From a virus: DNA of 64,000 nucleotides. Below are positions 18,602 through 29,374 of the stretch, in pieces. The position numbers and the translations under genes were made by a program. Below the pieces are notes generated by a model that had not been told where the DNA came from, did not search any database, and worked only from the letters and a program-made list of their open reading frames with translations. Position 1 is the stretch's first letter, and each line of letters starts with the position of its first letter. The stretch spans positions 4,108 through 68,107 of the IMG/VR virus record IMGVR_UViG_3300028393_000060. The stretch is one strand, 5' to 3'.

Positions 18602-20863
18602 TTACTTAGGAACAGGAAGTCCGCCACCGTATTGTGGATACTCTTCTTGTTCTTTATTTGCACTCTGTCGAACTTGAGCAGCAGTTAAGCCAGCTAAAGG
18701 AGCATTAGCTTTTAATGCTTCACCAGCTTGTTTAAACGGAATTGTAACTGTTCCGCTTGGTTTTTTACCAAAAATTGTTTCTAAACTCTTATCAACTATT
18801 TCTGGAACTTTAAAATTTGGATTACGAGAAGCAATTGCTTTTTCTTTAAGAAAATTTTGAACCGCTGGGTTGTATAAAAGTCTTGTTCCAGCAATTGTTG
18901 CAGCGCTTGGAATTGCAGCTATAGCAGGATCTATACCCATATAAGCCAAACCACCAGGACCGCCCAATAGTGGAGCTAATCCGTATGTATAACCTAAACG
19001 TCTAGCGGCGTAATCTTCCGGATTTTTTGCGCCTACAATTTTTTCAAAAGCTTTTTCTTGTTTTCCAACATTAGCTTCAGCTTGTTTTTGCAACGCAGCT
19101 TTTTGAGAAGCTAGACTTTGACCCATACCGGTAAACTTATCTTCAAGGGTTTCTTTTTCTTTACCACTAAGCCCTTTAAATGCTCGTGTTTCAGCTTCAT
19201 GTTTTGCTTCAATTGCTGCTTTATCAGCTAAATACTTTTTATTGGCTTCTACAGCCATTCGTTGTATTTCGTTTTCTCCGCCAGCCAAACGTTTAGTAGA
19301 TAATTCAGACTTTGCCGCGTTTATTAATTCGCTAGGTTCAATTTGACCTTCTGCTTTAATGCTTTTAACATAAGAAGCAGCTTTTTCCGGAATTTTACTT
19401 CTTGAAAATGCAGTGTTAGCAGCTTTAAATAGTTCGCTACCAACTTGATTTTCAATTAAATCCATCCATTTATCTTTTAATTCATAAAGTGCTTTACCGT
19501 AACGATGATCTTTTTTCATCAAAGTGTTATAAGCGTCTTCACTTAAATTACTAAGATTACGTTGCCAATTATCTGGGGTCAACCATTTACCTTTAGAAGT
19601 ATCTGCAATTAAACGTTCAATATCATTTGAAAATTGTTCTGCGTATTCTTTTCCAAGTAATTTTTCATCGTAAGTATTTTTAAGCGAACGTAAATCTTCT
19701 TGAATTGGTTTGCTTAATCTTAAAGTTGACATCCCACCCAAAGATTCTTTATAAGCATCTTTAATAAAACCGGTCATCGCATTTGTTGCTGCATGTCCTT
19801 TTAACGCCGGGTCAATTGTTTTACCTAAAGGTTCTAAAGCATAATTTATAACAGGAGCTTGAATATCTACTCCAGTGCCTTTATGAGCTTCTAATTCTGC
19901 TTTATGGCGAGCAGCCATTTCAAGATCTGCTTTTTCTGTTGCTTTATTTAAAGCCCGTTGCTCAAGAGTTTGTGCTTGTTTTTGTGAAACGTCTAAAACG
20001 TTTTGCGCTGTTTTAGCTTGCTCTTTCATTGGTGCTGTTTTACCAGCAACAAGTTCTTCAAATGATTTTATTTTAGATTGAACCTCTGGCTTGACTCCAC
20101 CAAAAGGAATAACAGTTGCTAAATTTTCTGCAGTTTGAGCTTTGCCACCAAGTAATTGTCCAAAAGAAAGATTCTTTAATATTTCTGCGTCTGTGTACCC
20201 TAAATTTTTAAGTTCTTTATAATTTTTTAACACTGGAGCAGCTACGTGTCCTAAACCAGTTGCAACTGCTTGACCACCAAAACCAAGTAAACCACCCAAT
20301 CCTGCTTGTTCTAAAACGTCATATGTAGAACCTGAAGATCCCGCAGCACCTAAACCCATACCACCTAAAATGGCTTGAGATGCAGGGCTTTCCGCAATAC
20401 CTTTAGTTACAGCGGCGCCACCCGGAATTGTTTCAACAATCGGAGCTAATTTAGATGCACCTTTTAAAGCAGCGCCACCTAGCAACATTTCCCCACCAAT
20501 ATTACTTAAACCCGGACGCATACCAGTGTAACCAGCAGATTCAGTAAGATTTTTAGCCCCTGCTTCAGCAGCGCTAACAGCTTGCGCCGGTTCTTCTATA
20601 CCAGCCATACGCATTAGATTGGCGGGTATACGAGCTACGCCAGTAGCAAAACGTATGGGAGCGGCCATTCTTGCAGCAGCAGCTGGAGGAATTTCTTTTC
20701 CGTATTCTGTTATGGCTTCAGGACTAAATGCTTGTTTAGCACCCTGTTTCATTGCTTCAAAAACAGATGGCTTGTCCCAAGTAACACCGGGGGGTTCTTT
20801 CTCTACAGTATCTTTAACTGGAGTTTCATCCCAAGTAATGCCTTTAAATTGATTATCTGCCAT
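18602..20863 (-). CDS. putative internal virion / DNA ejection protein
   Basis: Ala/Gly-rich helical protein with hydrophobic segments at the end of the tail module. Confidence 0.6.
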   Translation of the reverse strand: MADNQFKGITWDETPVKDTVEKEPPGVTWDKPSVFEAMKQGAKQAFSPEAITEYGKEIPPAAAARMAAPIRFATGVARIPANLMRMAGIEEPAQAVSAAEAGAKNLTESAGYTGMRPGLSNIGGEMLLGGAALKGASKLAPIVETIPGGAAVTKGIAESPASQAILGGMGLGAAGSSGSTYDVLEQAGLGGLLGFGGQAVATGLGHVAAPVLKNYKELKNLGYTDAEILKNLSFGQLLGGKAQTAENLATVIPFGGVKPEVQSKIKSFEELVAGKTAPMKEQAKTAQNVLDVSQKQAQTLEQRALNKATEKADLEMAARHKAELEAHKGTGVDIQAPVINYALEPLGKTIDPALKGHAATNAMTGFIKDAYKESLGGMSTLRLSKPIQEDLRSLKNTYDEKLLGKEYAEQFSNDIERLIADTSKGKWLTPDNWQRNLSNLSEDAYNTLMKKDHRYGKALYELKDKWMDLIENQVGSELFKAANTAFSRSKIPEKAASYVKSIKAEGQIEPSELINAAKSELSTKRLAGGENEIQRMAVEANKKYLADKAAIEAKHEAETRAFKGLSGKEKETLEDKFTGMGQSLASQKAALQKQAEANVGKQEKAFEKIVGAKNPEDYAARRLGYTYGLAPLLGGPGGLAYMGIDPAIAAIPSAATIAGTRLLYNPAVQNFLKEKAIASRNPNFKVPEIVDKSLETIFGKKPSGTVTIPFKQAGEALKANAPLAGLTAAQVRQSANKEQEEYPQYGGGLPVPK

Positions 20864-22782
20864 TATTCGTAAACCAAAGTTCCGTCATTGTAAAGAATAG
20901 CTTTTTTACCATAATTAGGATTATTTTTATCTGTTACCATGCCAGTTTTTTGGATAGTTTTTTTCGCGGATGGTTTAGCACCAGACACTTCAACTTTTCC
21001 AAGTTTTCCGTTTTTAAATGAATCTACGTTTTCTTGCATGATTTTATCTTTTACACCACTATTTTGCCATTCAACAAGGGCTTCGTCTTCCCTGCCTTTA
21101 TTTCGTGATAAATAGTTTTTGAGGTCTTGATCAACTAAAGCACCTGCTCGCCGTACTTGATAAAAATTCTTTATGTAATCTTTATGATTATCAATACCAG
21201 CAAAGTTTCTTAACCAATCGCTAGACTCTTGTGCTGTAAATTGAGAACCCATTGCTTGCCGTGCTTCTGAAGCAGACATAAATTTTCTTGCGGTTTCAAT
21301 GCCCATGTTATCAACAAATTTTTGCAATTCTTTAGGATTTAATTTAACCCCAGCAATTTGAGCATACTCCATAAAACTTTGACCTAATTTTGTACCTGGA
21401 CCAAAGTTATTACTTTCAATATTTGCAAGAACTTGGTCAGACATTTTTTCAATATCTTTAGCTACTTTAGCTCGTTCTGTAATATCTTTATAATCAACAT
21501 CCATAAATGTTTCATACGATTTTTGTAATGCTTTTTGTTTTAATTGAACATCTTCTTGACTTACAGGAGCACTAGGAGCAGCAGCTGCAGTTTTAACACC
21601 GGACTTAAAGTTTGGATCAACATACGGTAAAAACTTAGCAGCATTTTGCTGACCAGATTCACCAATAATTTTAGCGCGGCTAAGTGCTGCATTAGCTTGC
21701 GGTGTATTTGGAATAGTACCATCTGGGTTTAATTTAATGTCAGCGTTTTTTAATTCGGAATTAAGTAAGTCAAGGTGCATTTTAAATTCAGGTTTTGCAC
21801 CATCAGCAGGGTTACCAGTTATCCAACGACCCATAATATTAGCTGGTGTTGGACTAATACCTTGCATTGGTCCTGTACCTGAAAGGTATTTACCTGCTAA
21901 ATCTTGAGTATCTGCCACACCAGCTTGTGGGGTGTCATACGGTTTGTAAGTGTTACCTTGTTTAATCCCCGTTGGATTATTTACATTTGCTGCAACGTTA
22001 ACTCCGGTTGTGGTAGTTGTTGTGCTGGGCGTTGTGCCTTGAATTGGCATAGCACCCGGAGCAGTAAATTGAATAGTTTTACCATCTTTAATATAACTTT
22101 GTGTGCCATAAGCATCTTTAAGCAATTGCCGTTTAACAAGATCTTTTTGATCTGCCGGTAAAGTTTCAGCAAATGCAAGACTTTTTTGCAATTCAGATTT
22201 TTTAAATTCGTTTTCTTTAACTAGTTTACCAAATTCACCTATTTGCCCTGAACTTAAAAGCGTCATACCCCAATCTTGCAAATTTGATGGAAGGGATTCA
22301 AGCATTTCAATATAAGGAGGTTTTTTACCACCAGCAGTTGGCTGACCACCAGCGGCAGGTTGTGCTCCTGTTGTAGAAATACCAAGAGAATTTGCAAGCG
22401 CAGTGGCTTGATTCTGACTGGACTTAAGCGCTTCCATAGACTGCATTATGTTATAACGCTGAGCTTCTTTTTGTTGGCGTTGTTCTTCCAATTGACGGAA
22501 CATAGGTTCTTTGTCATGCTTAGTCCAAGCATACATTTTTTGTAAATCATTTTGAAAATTTTCAAAAGGCTTTTCTTCTAAAAGCTTTTGCATATTTGCC
22601 AAAATGCTTTTACTAGAATTTTCGTCCATTAAAACACCAGTGGGCGAAGTCATAGTTGCAATCTGACCTTTACCGCCAGGAGTAAATTTAATGTTAGAAA
22701 CAATAGGCAAACCACCAGTGGGAGTTGCAGCCTCTGACGTTGACGAACTACTAGTTTCTTGATCTGGATATAATGAACCCAT
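20863..22782 (-). CDS. putative ejection protein with lysozyme-like segment
   Basis: NNPTGI..YDTPQAGVAD..Y..IMGRW resembles lysozyme-fold motifs; position. Confidence 0.55.
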   Translation of the reverse strand: MGSLYPDQETSSSSTSEAATPTGGLPIVSNIKFTPGGKGQIATMTSPTGVLMDENSSKSILANMQKLLEEKPFENFQNDLQKMYAWTKHDKEPMFRQLEEQRQQKEAQRYNIMQSMEALKSSQNQATALANSLGISTTGAQPAAGGQPTAGGKKPPYIEMLESLPSNLQDWGMTLLSSGQIGEFGKLVKENEFKKSELQKSLAFAETLPADQKDLVKRQLLKDAYGTQSYIKDGKTIQFTAPGAMPIQGTTPSTTTTTTGVNVAANVNNPTGIKQGNTYKPYDTPQAGVADTQDLAGKYLSGTGPMQGISPTPANIMGRWITGNPADGAKPEFKMHLDLLNSELKNADIKLNPDGTIPNTPQANAALSRAKIIGESGQQNAAKFLPYVDPNFKSGVKTAAAAPSAPVSQEDVQLKQKALQKSYETFMDVDYKDITERAKVAKDIEKMSDQVLANIESNNFGPGTKLGQSFMEYAQIAGVKLNPKELQKFVDNMGIETARKFMSASEARQAMGSQFTAQESSDWLRNFAGIDNHKDYIKNFYQVRRAGALVDQDLKNYLSRNKGREDEALVEWQNSGVKDKIMQENVDSFKNGKLGKVEVSGAKPSAKKTIQKTGMVTDKNNPNYGKKAILYNDGTLVYE

Positions 22783-22791
22783 GTTTATTCC

Positions 22792-23745
22792 TTAACCGTT
22801 CGGTAATGTGTAACCGTAGTCATCAACTATTTGACCAGGTAAAGCGCCGCCAGATGTTGTAGCATTACCCGTTGGACTTAAAATGCCCATGTTAACATTA
22901 GACATGGTTTGATTAGCTGCTGCTTGATTGGCTGCTGAATTTCCCAACCCAAAAGCATTTGCAATATTATTGCCTAAACCATCAAAAGAAGCGCCAGTAA
23001 TTCCAAGGCTACTTAATAAATTTCTAGCTGCAGAAGGGGCATTACTTAACGCACCTATCATAGACAAAGGAGACATTTGGTTTTGTTGAGAAACAGTTCC
23101 TGGAACGTTTACAGAATTAACTAAATTAGCATAATTACCTAACGGCGTAAACGGCGCGTTCATTTGAGCTGAACCTGTATTTAAAGCGGATGTTATTCCT
23201 TGAGAACCTAAGCTGCCTAATCCAGTGCCAGCAGCAACGCCTGCGTTTTGGTTTTGTAAAGCAGCAGTCATTTGTTGCGCAAACAGTTGAGATTGCGCAT
23301 CAGCCTTTGCTTTGTTTACAGCAGTTACGTTACGCAAGCTACCAAATTGACCTGAGCCAATTCCGAATGCGTTGGCCCCTGCAGTATAATTAGGCAACAA
23401 CTGATTTAACTGTTGGTTTTCAGCAGCAAATAAACCACCTAATGGCGTTGCTGTATTAGGAGTAACTTGGCCTGTTGAACTTGTAATCCAAGGATTAGCA
23501 GCACCAGTTGCAATAGTATTTAAAGCTGTTTGACCTTGCGTAAAAGGATTGTTATTTCCCTGCAATGTATTAACTGCATTTTGCCCAACAGTATTTTGAA
23601 AAGATGGTGCAGCATTAAGTGCTGTACCAGCTCTGTTAACAATATTTTGTTGTGCTTGATCATACCAACTTGGCAGAGTAGTTTGTACTTGCTGGGTATC
23701 CGTAAGTAAATTATTTAACCCTGAAGATCCTGTTGTTCCAGCCAT
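22792..23745 (-). CDS. putative ejection/pilot protein
   Basis: Q/N/G/A-rich; TTLPSWY, GQFGSLR. Confidence 0.55.
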   Translation of the reverse strand: MAGTTGSSGLNNLLTDTQQVQTTLPSWYDQAQQNIVNRAGTALNAAPSFQNTVGQNAVNTLQGNNNPFTQGQTALNTIATGAANPWITSSTGQVTPNTATPLGGLFAAENQQLNQLLPNYTAGANAFGIGSGQFGSLRNVTAVNKAKADAQSQLFAQQMTAALQNQNAGVAAGTGLGSLGSQGITSALNTGSAQMNAPFTPLGNYANLVNSVNVPGTVSQQNQMSPLSMIGALSNAPSAARNLLSSLGITGASFDGLGNNIANAFGLGNSAANQAAANQTMSNVNMGILSPTGNATTSGGALPGQIVDDYGYTLPNG

Positions 23746-25499
23746 TATGCGCTCGCTTTTTTCTTTGCATCTAATAAATATGCCAAAGGACCCTTACTAT
23801 CTGGAGGCAATTCCTTTGGGTCATGTTTTTGGGCATGTTCTCTAATTGTTACTAAAAAATTATCTAATACTTTAGCACCAGCATCATTACTACCGTTTCC
23901 AAGTTTTGATACTACATCTGCGGGTACAACAAATTCACCGTCTGCTAACATAGCAGCTACGCTATCACTTGTACCATTACCATCGCCTTTTACATAAGTA
24001 TTTTCCATAGAGGCTAATCCCCCAGGTGAAAAGAATGTTGGCTCATGCCCTTCAGGAACAGAACCACCTGGCGCAAAACGAGGTACAAGATTTAAACCAG
24101 AGTGCGGCTGATGCATTGTAAAATGTCTACCGCGCATACGAACTTCTTGCATAGGTAAATCACCACCACCGGCTTTATGAATTATACCACCGTTCTTAGC
24201 TTGTTGAATCTCTTGTAATGTTTGAGGATTGAAATATGGTTGCTGATTAGCAACTTGGGCAGGTTCACCATAAGGAGTCATACCTGGAATAGCAACTTGC
24301 TGTCCGTGAACAAAAGTTCCTTTTGGCGATCCGTAATTATTAATTGCCGAACCGTAACCGCCAGATGTTGTACCAGTTAATGCACTCGCTGGTCTTGTGT
24401 TGCCACTTAAACCACCTAATAAAGAAGAAGCTGCTCCCGACCCGCCTGTTAATCTAGAAGCTAAATTACCTAGTGGGATACCATACTTTAAAAGATCCGC
24501 GCCAGTTAATCCAGAAAGTCCTGCTTCAGCAAGTATTGCATCTAATCCAGTTGCTCCGTATACATTTCCAGACAGTCCCGCACCAGTGGGGACACTACCA
24601 GCTGGGTAGGCAGCACCAGCTGCGGCATCCTCTGCAGCTTGTGTAGCGGCTAATTGTTCTAAAAAAGAAGATCCAGCACCAGCGCCAACTGCAGCACCTT
24701 CTGCTCCAGCACCAATAATGTTGCCAGCGGCATCAACCATACCAACTTCAGAACCAAGTAAACCAGGTAAAAACTCAGCCGCTGCAGCACCGCCAGCCAT
24801 CGCTAACGGAAGCATCCAGCCGTTTTCAACTAAAAAGTCACCAAGACCACCACCGCTAGGCTGACGATATACAGGTATAGGATTACCGCTTTTATCTAAT
24901 ACATATTTATTAGTAGTAGGATCAACAATGTATTCACCCTGATCTACTTGCTCGGGAGTTAATTGAGTACCTTGAAAATTGTAAGATTTAGCGCCAGCCA
25001 TAGTAGGACCAGCATAATTTTGGTTACGATAACCTTGTCGAATACCGCTAGGGTCAACAGTTAAGTTGGCATAATTAGGCGTGTAATTGCTAATGTCACC
25101 CGTTGTCGGATCATAAGTTACCTTAGAACCATCAGGCATTGTGTATTGATTTGCTCGTGCATCATAAGTTGCACCAGTAAAATCGTACTTAGATGGATTC
25201 CAAGTTTGTCCAATTGCGTTGCCTTCAGAATCAGTTTGTGTGTTGAAATAACCTACATGGCTAGGATCAGTAGATACATTAGAATAACTAACTTGACCAG
25301 TTTCAGGATCAACAATGGCATCACCATGTGTTGGAGCACTACCCCCACCACCACCGCCTCTGTTTTGGTATTCTTGACTACCTGTTATACCAGCGATAAC
25401 CGCTTCCGGAGACTGATTTGACCACGTGGCAATACCACTTGGATCGGGAGCTCGACCTAAGTACTGTTGGTACAGTTGCGCTAGTTGATTTTCATCCAT
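23745..25499 (-). CDS. virion protein with DUF4214-like N-terminus
   Basis: LYQQYLGRAPDPSG..W; C-terminal GDGNGTSDSVAAMLADGEFVVPADVVS. Confidence 0.65.
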   Translation of the reverse strand: MDENQLAQLYQQYLGRAPDPSGIATWSNQSPEAVIAGITGSQEYQNRGGGGGGSAPTHGDAIVDPETGQVSYSNVSTDPSHVGYFNTQTDSEGNAIGQTWNPSKYDFTGATYDARANQYTMPDGSKVTYDPTTGDISNYTPNYANLTVDPSGIRQGYRNQNYAGPTMAGAKSYNFQGTQLTPEQVDQGEYIVDPTTNKYVLDKSGNPIPVYRQPSGGGLGDFLVENGWMLPLAMAGGAAAAEFLPGLLGSEVGMVDAAGNIIGAGAEGAAVGAGAGSSFLEQLAATQAAEDAAAGAAYPAGSVPTGAGLSGNVYGATGLDAILAEAGLSGLTGADLLKYGIPLGNLASRLTGGSGAASSLLGGLSGNTRPASALTGTTSGGYGSAINNYGSPKGTFVHGQQVAIPGMTPYGEPAQVANQQPYFNPQTLQEIQQAKNGGIIHKAGGGDLPMQEVRMRGRHFTMHQPHSGLNLVPRFAPGGSVPEGHEPTFFSPGGLASMENTYVKGDGNGTSDSVAAMLADGEFVVPADVVSKLGNGSNDAGAKVLDNFLVTIREHAQKHDPKELPPDSKGPLAYLLDAKKKASA

Positions 25500-25522
25500 T
25501 AAATTATCTCGTTATCTACATA

Positions 25523-25553
25523 TACTAATGCAAAAATTAGCATTTTTTCGCCC
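25523..25553 (-). promoter_or_regulatory. phage bipartite promoter
   Basis: GGGCGA-N13-TTTGCATTAGTA-TATGT-AG. Confidence 0.8.
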
Positions 25554-25557
25554 TAAA

Positions 25558-25824
25558 TCAACGACTTGGGCCATTAATTATTGTGGTAAATTCCATAGCC
25601 CAATCCTGCCAGGTTTCATAAACATCTGGGTTTGGAACCGGATAGCGGTTAAAAGATTGTGATTGCACAATGTTCATAGCCGCATCTCGCCAAGTTTCTT
25701 CAGGTGAAATTACAATATTCTTTTGACCGTAATAAATAACTAGTTCTTCGTTCCAATTTTCCCAAGTCATATAGTCAGGCAATACAGGAAAGAACGGTTG
25801 GAAATTAGGGTCGCTCGTCGCCAT
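25558..25824 (-). CDS. hypothetical tail-region protein
   Basis: Trp-rich ORF in the operon. Confidence 0.65.
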   Translation of the reverse strand: MATSDPNFQPFFPVLPDYMTWENWNEELVIYYGQKNIVISPEETWRDAAMNIVQSQSFNRYPVPNPDVYETWQDWAMEFTTIINGPSR

Positions 25825-27952
25825 ATTCTGCAGTAATCAAATTACGACCCATTTGGTAGTTACCATTGACTTCATTAGATTCAAACTTTAAACGCACCAA
25901 ACGATGCTCAACCCGTAAGTCTATTTTGCCAGTGTCTTTGGTAAAATAGTATGGCCCAGAAGATTCTTCATACGGACCAGAAGCAAATTTACGACCCAAA
26001 ATAGTCATAGCCATAGTGCCGTCTTGTAAAAAGTTTGGTTCAACTCGGCGTAAGTGCATCCTACGATTAATTCCTTGCAGTGCATTTTGGCTAGGGTTTC
26101 CAGTTAACCAACTAATATCGCTGGTAGTAATACTAGAGTATACAGCAATTTCACCTAACAAGTTAATTTCATTAACACCGTACTCGTGTTGCCAAATATT
26201 AAATCCGCCAGTAATATAAAACACTGATGTTCCAACGGGAGGAGCTGTTGGAAAATTGGTAGAACAAGTAATTAATGTTACTCCGTCAGGAGCAGTGTTA
26301 TCATTAAAAATAAATTCGCTAGTTGTTACCAAATAAGTATTGTTAAGACTATTAACTGTATCAAAACATAACGAATCACCAGGACTAAACAATTGTGTTT
26401 GATTACCTGACAAATACAATTGGTTCTGGTTTGGTGCCGCTTCTCCAGATGGTGTTTCTATTACAAAATGCGGTGTACTAAACACTGGATCATAGTTCCA
26501 GTCACACCAAATTGGCGTTGGGAACAACTCTGTAGTATAACCACAAGAGCGTTGTGATCCTTTTGCTTGACCAGCGTCATACCACAACTGGTCTTTTACG
26601 TTATAGATAATAGCATCAGTACATTCTGTAGCGGTGCCACGTGGGTAAAAGAACCAAATCTCATTGTAACGTGGCACTTTAGTTGCCCAGACTTTTTGAC
26701 GCTGTGAATAGTTTAAATTGTCAAAAAGGTAGTTTACGTTTTTATCATTAGGCAATACTTTTACAGTGCCACCATACAAATAGAATCTGTCAACACCCAT
26801 CCAGAAATAAATACCATCCATTTCTACAACAGCGTTAGACGACATAATTGAAATCTGACTGGAAATAATATCATACGTCCAGTAAATACTGGTTGCTTGA
26901 GGATTAAAAGATACCCGAATTAAACTATCAGTAGCCCAAAACAAACCTGATGGTGAGTTAGTACCACCACGCATTGTCATACCTTTAACAATCTTAGATG
27001 GCGCTACGTTAGTTTGATTGGCAAATGTTCCATTCCAATCATAAAAATTGCGTTCAAGATAAGTAGCACTAACGTTGTTGTTAGCAATAAAACCATTTGA
27101 TCCATACACAAAAATAAATGGATACAATACACAAACACCACCGTCAACACTAATTGGTTTATAGGTAGGGTTTTGACCTTCACTATCGGACAAGCCAGTA
27201 AATGACCATTGATAGTTACTATCTGGTGTAATAGCACCCACCAAAACTTGAGATGTTACGCCGCTATCAATGTTTACTAAGTTTTTACCGGGGTGGGCAA
27301 AGATAGATAAGTTGCCACCTTGTGGGCTAAACTGTGCATCGAACTGCCATAGGTTTCTAAACGGACCGTTTTCTGGATCAGGTTCAAACACAGGATCATC
27401 ATTTAGATAAACCTTTGTGGGTGACCCAGCAATCGTGCCACCAGTAACATCTACTGTGGTATTGGGCGAGCTATATGTTGCAGTGCTTACTGTGTAATTT
27501 GTTGCAGTATCTGTTTGCTCGAATATAACTTGTGTGCCAGCGGGGAACGTAGTAGTTAAATTACCAGCAACTGTAAATGATGTTGTAGTGTTAGATACTA
27601 AACCAACAAACGCTGTGCCAGGTAATATTTGTGCCGTAAACGGACCACTACCAGTGCCATAACTTGTACTGGTGGTATATACATCTAACTCTTTATAGTT
27701 ACCAGAGAATAAATAGTTAACACCATTATAGGGCTGGGAAATTAATCCTCTAGCAATACCTACTAAGCCATTAAACAGTGTACGATAGCCACCAATTTTC
27801 TTTGGTTCGCCACGTTGAAAACGACACCATACACCATCGGTGTATTGATCGTTTTGGAATACAGTACCATCTCGCCTAATTCCAGCCGGAATTGCTAGGC
27901 TGTAAATTGAAGTATATTGCGAGGTATCTTGTTGCTGATTATCAGCTGGCAT
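25805..27952 (-). CDS. tail nozzle / P22 gp10-like stabilisation protein
   Basis: beta-rich; GIRRDGT, WCRFQRG.PKKIGG, FWMGVDRFYLYGG, NEIWFFYP. Confidence 0.7.
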   Translation of the reverse strand: MPADNQQQDTSQYTSIYSLAIPAGIRRDGTVFQNDQYTDGVWCRFQRGEPKKIGGYRTLFNGLVGIARGLISQPYNGVNYLFSGNYKELDVYTTSTSYGTGSGPFTAQILPGTAFVGLVSNTTTSFTVAGNLTTTFPAGTQVIFEQTDTATNYTVSTATYSSPNTTVDVTGGTIAGSPTKVYLNDDPVFEPDPENGPFRNLWQFDAQFSPQGGNLSIFAHPGKNLVNIDSGVTSQVLVGAITPDSNYQWSFTGLSDSEGQNPTYKPISVDGGVCVLYPFIFVYGSNGFIANNNVSATYLERNFYDWNGTFANQTNVAPSKIVKGMTMRGGTNSPSGLFWATDSLIRVSFNPQATSIYWTYDIISSQISIMSSNAVVEMDGIYFWMGVDRFYLYGGTVKVLPNDKNVNYLFDNLNYSQRQKVWATKVPRYNEIWFFYPRGTATECTDAIIYNVKDQLWYDAGQAKGSQRSCGYTTELFPTPIWCDWNYDPVFSTPHFVIETPSGEAAPNQNQLYLSGNQTQLFSPGDSLCFDTVNSLNNTYLVTTSEFIFNDNTAPDGVTLITCSTNFPTAPPVGTSVFYITGGFNIWQHEYGVNEINLLGEIAVYSSITTSDISWLTGNPSQNALQGINRRMHLRRVEPNFLQDGTMAMTILGRKFASGPYEESSGPYYFTKDTGKIDLRVEHRLVRLKFESNEVNGNYQMGRNLITAEYGDERP

Positions 27953-29371
27953 TTAGAATGATCCACCTGTTATTAACCCAGCGGTTAATGTTCCAGTAAT
28001 GTTTGCTGAATCAGCAGTTAAATTATTAGTAATAGTAGCTGAATCAGCACTTAGGTTATTAGTAATAGTGGCAGAGTCAGCAGTTATTGCACCAGTAATT
28101 GAGGCAGAGTTAGCAGTAAGTATTTGGGCATCTAATGTTGCAGCAACGGTAACCAATGGTGTAGATAAATTAGAATTATCTATATTAATAATGTTGGTTG
28201 AATTTGCCGATAAACCCAGTATTCCAGTACTGACCAAGTACACACCGCTATGAGTATCGTTGTTAAACGAATACGCTGGTAGTGCTGCAGTGCCGTCAGA
28301 TGCATAGAACGCACCTGTAGTAGCAGATGTTAATGGGTATAAATATTCGCCATCACTTAAAACGGTAACAATTTGTCCAGCAGATAACACTAACGGTATC
28401 TGGGTACTGTTTTCGTTTTGGAAAGTAATGTTATACCCAGACTGATCAGTGTTGTTAGCCAACACATAAATTTGGGTAATGGCAGGCAGTGTTACAGCTA
28501 AAGTTTGTGTTCTAGTACCAGACTGGGCAATGTAGGTTTGAATGATTGGGGCAAAGTTTACTAAACTAAATGTATTGCCAGGGATAGAATCCACATCATA
28601 CGTTGCCGCAGTAAATGTTAAAGCGTTTGGGTTAGCTAAGCCAACGGTAATAAAACCTGTTTGAGCAGCATTTAAAAATATAAAGCCCGAGTCGCCAGGG
28701 TTTGTATTAATGGAAGTTTGACCATTAATAGTATTAGGCGATGTTGGGTTAATGGCTAGTGTGCCAGTACCATTGTTTCTAAAACCAATGTACCAACCAG
28801 TTGATAATGATTGGATAGAAGGTAATGTAAAACTGCCAGCACCAGCGTTCCAAACAAAGGTTGCAGCACGGCTGCCATCAGTAATATTAGGTGATACAGT
28901 TACGTTAACTGGGTTTTGTGTAGTAGCTAGTTGACCGTTGACAGTGGTTAGACCGGCACCAGCCAAAGTAGCAGCATCAGCAAACGAAGTGCCAGCACCA
29001 AACGTTACGTTTTGCCAAACACCAGCAGCAGAAGTATTGTCAGTAAGATAGAAGTACTTACTAATACCAACAGGTACAGTAACGCTAGATCCGCCAATAA
29101 AGTTTGTAATAATAAATTCATGCGAACCCAAGTTGCGGAAAAGAATGTCTGCGCCCAGTGTTCCTTGATCAGCTTGCGGTAAAGCAATGGTAAGACCATC
29201 ACTAGCAGCAACGCAATCAATAATACGGGCAGCAGGAGGCTGGCTACCGTTGACAGTAGAAGGCCAGTAGAGAACTTGATCTGTACTAAAAGGGAGTGCA
29301 AGATAAGATACATCCGTTGGGGTAACAACGGTGCCTGTGAAAGGTGATGTATAGACGGGGGTCGTTGGCAT
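27953..29371 (-). CDS. proximal tail fibre
   Basis: repeated TLP..G.. beta modules, FNNDTHSGVY, tandem TADSATITNNL repeats, C-terminal GGSF. Confidence 0.7.
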   Translation of the reverse strand: MPTTPVYTSPFTGTVVTPTDVSYLALPFSTDQVLYWPSTVNGSQPPAARIIDCVAASDGLTIALPQADQGTLGADILFRNLGSHEFIITNFIGGSSVTVPVGISKYFYLTDNTSAAGVWQNVTFGAGTSFADAATLAGAGLTTVNGQLATTQNPVNVTVSPNITDGSRAATFVWNAGAGSFTLPSIQSLSTGWYIGFRNNGTGTLAINPTSPNTINGQTSINTNPGDSGFIFLNAAQTGFITVGLANPNALTFTAATYDVDSIPGNTFSLVNFAPIIQTYIAQSGTRTQTLAVTLPAITQIYVLANNTDQSGYNITFQNENSTQIPLVLSAGQIVTVLSDGEYLYPLTSATTGAFYASDGTAALPAYSFNNDTHSGVYLVSTGILGLSANSTNIINIDNSNLSTPLVTVAATLDAQILTANSASITGAITADSATITNNLSADSATITNNLTADSANITGTLTAGLITGGSF

Positions 29372-29374
29372 ATT

